Origin: a virus
Taxonomy: Duplodnaviria; Caudoviricetes
DNA length: 29,086 nt
IMG/VR virus record: IMGVR_UViG_3300020185_000192
Location: 1-29,086 of that record
Strand: one strand, 5' to 3'
This document shows, one piece after another, positions 26,777-29,086 of this stretch. Made by a program: the position numbers and the translations under genes. The notes beneath the pieces were generated by a model. It made no database searches, was not told the DNA's origin, and worked only from the letters and a program-made list of their open reading frames with translations. The stretch's first letter is position 1. Each line of letters opens with the position of its first letter.

Positions 26777-27097
26777 TTAAAAATTCCTTATTTTGTAATA
26801 TAACCTATCTAATTCTGGAGTCCAATCACTTAAACCTTCAATGAAATTAATACAGACCTCCCTAGGTTCTTTCTCTTCAGTTAAGCGGTATTGTAACTCC
26901 TTTACCTTAAGCATATCCTTAAGGTTATGTTTCAATTCTAGAATTACTTGGTTATAAGTTAACCACTCTTTTTTATTCTTCTTTGTGCCAGTACATAAAT
27001 TCTCGGTAATCCGATTTTCATACTCATATTCTAAGTATGTTTGGAAACCTCCATAAACTTCCCTAAGTTTACCTTTTATTTTGTCCTTGAGCTCCAC
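26777..27097 (-). CDS. Hypothetical protein, paralog of 26312-26647
   Basis: WLTYNQVILEL...ELQYRLTEE; probable GTG start at 27097 just after the upstream stop. Confidence 0.7.
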   Translation of the reverse strand: MELKDKIKGKLREVYGGFQTYLEYEYENRITENLCTGTKKNKKEWLTYNQVILELKHNLKDMLKVKELQYRLTEEKEPREVCINFIEGLSDWTPELDRLYYKIRNF

Positions 27098-27101
27098 AAC
27101 A

Positions 27102-27440
27102 TTATTTAACACTAATATTTTTAGATAACATACCATCTACAATTTTCCTGTCACACCAATCATTAATCACTTGCTTTAAGAATTCATCACTAACTTCATA
27201 ATTTAATTTAAGATATTCCAATAAGTCGTGTGGTGTTACCACCTCACCAACATCCTTAACTTGAAAAACTACCCTTTTCTTATATTCATTACCATCTCGA
27301 TAGGTCTCTTCAGCTCTATCATAGTTACTATCTAAATTAGACGAAATCTCCTTAACCATTACTTCATGATATTCAGATTCATTCAATAACGATTTAAGTC
27401 TCGTTAATTGACCTTCAGATATAATTAACCTTTTTTTCAT
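27102..27440 (-). CDS. Hypothetical protein with N-terminal KKRLIISEGQL...LNE leader, putative virion-internal protein
   Basis: ATATTTAT at 27445-27452 directly upstream. Confidence 0.7.
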   Translation of the reverse strand: MKKRLIISEGQLTRLKSLLNESEYHEVMVKEISSNLDSNYDRAEETYRDGNEYKKRVVFQVKDVGEVVTPHDLLEYLKLNYEVSDEFLKQVINDWCDRKIVDGMLSKNISVK

Positions 27441-27459
27441 ATTAATAAATATCTGAGAA

Positions 27460-27807
27460 TTAACCTAAATTCGTTACAAACTCCGTCAACTTTGATTTTG
27501 GTATGACACCAGGTACCTTAGTTATTATCTGACCATCTTTAAATAGTATAGTTGTCGGTATACTTCTAATCCCATGTTTCATAGCTGTTACAGTATTTTC
27601 ATCAATATTCATTTTAGTAACCCTAACTGGAGTTGCCCCATCACTTTTAGTTAATAAATCTCTTTCGGTAGCAAATTCTTCCAATATTGGACCGTATACT
27701 CTGCAAGGTCCACACCATTCTGCCCAAAAGTCTATTATTGTAATTCCTTTTTGATTCACTATAGTATCAACTGTACTATCAGTAATTTCCATAACATTTT
27801 TTTCCAT
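27460..27807 (-). CDS. trxA: Thioredoxin
   Basis: IDFWAEWCGPC active site, GIRSIPT; ATATTTAT at 27838-27845. Confidence 0.95.
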   Translation of the reverse strand: MEKNVMEITDSTVDTIVNQKGITIIDFWAEWCGPCRVYGPILEEFATERDLLTKSDGATPVRVTKMNIDENTVTAMKHGIRSIPTTILFKDGQIITKVPGVIPKSKLTEFVTNLG

Positions 27808-27867
27808 TTACTTTTATTTTACTTTTACTTATTATATATAAATATAAGATAATAGAATTAAAAATAA

Positions 27868-28119
27868 ATGAGTGACACAGAAATAATATATAATTTTATT
27901 AAGGTTTCAGTACCAGACAACCACCCATCGCTGTATCAATATATTATGGGTAAGAAGCGAAGTAAAGAAACCGCAGTCAATAACATCCTTAAGTTAGCTG
28001 AAGGTATTTTAACGCCACCATATACCCACGGTCATATCAGAACCGTAGTCAGACGATTTTTAAAAGAAAAAGAAAAGGATTATAACGAAGGTCTTATTGA
28101 AATTAAATCTATTTATTAA
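27868..28119 (+). CDS. Hypothetical protein (83 aa)
   Basis: ATG after an A-rich leader, fills the gap between thioredoxin and the next promoter. Confidence 0.6.
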   Translation: MSDTEIIYNFIKVSVPDNHPSLYQYIMGKKRSKETAVNNILKLAEGILTPPYTHGHIRTVVRRFLKEKEKDYNEGLIEIKSIY

Positions 28120-28135
28120 AATTTATTGATAATCT

Positions 28136-28167
28136 TTTGGTTTTATGGATTTTTATTTATATATTTG
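28136..28167 (+). promoter_or_regulatory. Bacteroidota-type promoter
   Basis: TTTG-N20-TATATTTG, consensus match, 23 nt upstream of the ATG at 28191. Confidence 0.8.
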
Positions 28168-28190
28168 CATAAACAATAATAAATAGGTTT

Positions 28191-29086
28191 ATGGAAAAGG
28201 GTAAAAAGAAGAGTAAAAACACTTGTGATTATACATGTCTATATCACTTTAAACATGCTAAGGTTGACGCATTAAGAGAATTATACGAAAGGGATAGTTA
28301 TAAAGCTAGAATTTTATATATGAACAATACAAGTTATCATGAAAGTAATAGAGTTGGATTATTTAAAGAAAATAATGGTGAGTTCTCATTAGTTTTTTTT
28401 ACCAGAACTTATGGTATTAGTAAAACTAATAAATGGTATTCACACGAAAAAAGAGTGGCTACTATATCATATAAAGGTGGTAAGTTCTGGTTTATAAATA
28501 ACTTCCATAGAAAATATGTAACCCACCTAACTCTATCAGGTATTGGTCAGATTCCATTACACCAACGTGAAGTCATGTTAAACTACCTTACTAAAAAGTT
28601 TAGTTGGATTAATTTCATGGTTGAACATCAGGTCCTACATAATGTTAGTTTTAATACTATCGTTAGTAAAAAAATATATTCATTAAGGAAAGCCTTAACT
28701 CACCAATATAAAGTCCCATACCCAGTAGCTAAATTAATTCACAAACAAACGAAAAGTAGTGGATACCATACAGCAATAAACTTAATACATTATTTAGATT
28801 ACATTAAGGGTATTACTAACTTAAGAGAAGAATGGTTCAAAGATGGTAATCAGAGAAGTATATTTCACGACACTCTTAAGATGGGTAAAACCCTTAATAA
28901 ACAAGTTAATTGTTCCTGGTCAAATAAAAGGCTTAAACTTGAACACGATAAATGGTCTGAAGAAATATCACATGTTATTTTTATTGATGGTAATAGAGAT
29001 ATGAGAATTAATGAATCATTTATTGACTTTAATTCCTTTGCTGGATATCACATATTAACCACAACAAAAGAAATGGCTATTGAAGG
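28191..29086 (+). CDS. PcfJ-like protein, truncated at the window edge
   Basis: Open frame MEKGKKKSKN... to the end; FHDTLKMG...LKLEHDKW...ILTTTKEMAIEG resembles the approach to the PcfJ L..EG..M.HC motif. Confidence 0.6.
   Translation, partial: MEKGKKKSKNTCDYTCLYHFKHAKVDALRELYERDSYKARILYMNNTSYHESNRVGLFKENNGEFSLVFFTRTYGISKTNKWYSHEKRVATISYKGGKFWFINNFHRKYVTHLTLSGIGQIPLHQREVMLNYLTKKFSWINFMVEHQVLHNVSFNTIVSKKIYSLRKALTHQYKVPYPVAKLIHKQTKSSGYHTAINLIHYLDYIKGITNLREEWFKDGNQRSIFHDTLKMGKTLNKQVNCSWSNKRLKLEHDKWSEEISHVIFIDGNRDMRINESFIDFNSFAGYHILTTTKEMAIE

Noticed and set aside
4978-27136. Longest-ORF starts at 5040, 6259, 10444, 12155, 19005, 23719 and 27136
   Set aside because: These extensions overlap upstream genes or run through promoter motifs; downstream starts fit better
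1-29086. Stop-codon reassignment as seen in some Bacteroidota phages
   Set aside because: Core genes are intact under code 11, and TAG (e.g. 12199, 6725) and TGA (7976) end genes at sensible boundaries
1-29086. tRNA or other structured RNA genes
   Set aside because: Intergenic gaps are short and AT-rich; no cloverleaf or T-loop signature seen

Overview
AT-rich (roughly 30% GC by eye) segment of a large T4-like (gp23-capsid) dsDNA phage genome. The host is probably a Bacteroidota member: there are four TTG/TTTG-N20-TAnnTTTG host-type promoters and A-rich leaders without Shine-Dalgarno sites. The left ~17 kb is a minus-strand head-morphogenesis module (acidic putative internal head proteins, large terminase, portal, prohead protease, scaffold, major capsid protein) with two homing endonucleases. 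The right part carries thyA, a KTSC protein, clpC, a multidomain GNAT protein, a lytic transglycosylase, a YkuK-like RNase H fold protein, an LRR protein, thioredoxin and a truncated PcfJ-like gene. Main observations: (1) a stand-alone PAS sensor and a coiled-coil/membrane protein, translationally coupled inside the head operon and sitting directly upstream of a 44-codon relic of glutamine synthetase II; (2) a TTT-A10 slippery site that would fuse two putative internal head ORFs by a -1 shift; (3) a GIY-YIG endonuclease that appears to have taken over the promoter and first codons of the prohead protease; (4) a recurrent ATATTTAT promoter motif that marks structural genes and scattered modular proteins punctuated by [LIVM]-x-E protease-like sites. 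All family assignments come from motif recognition, not from database searches.
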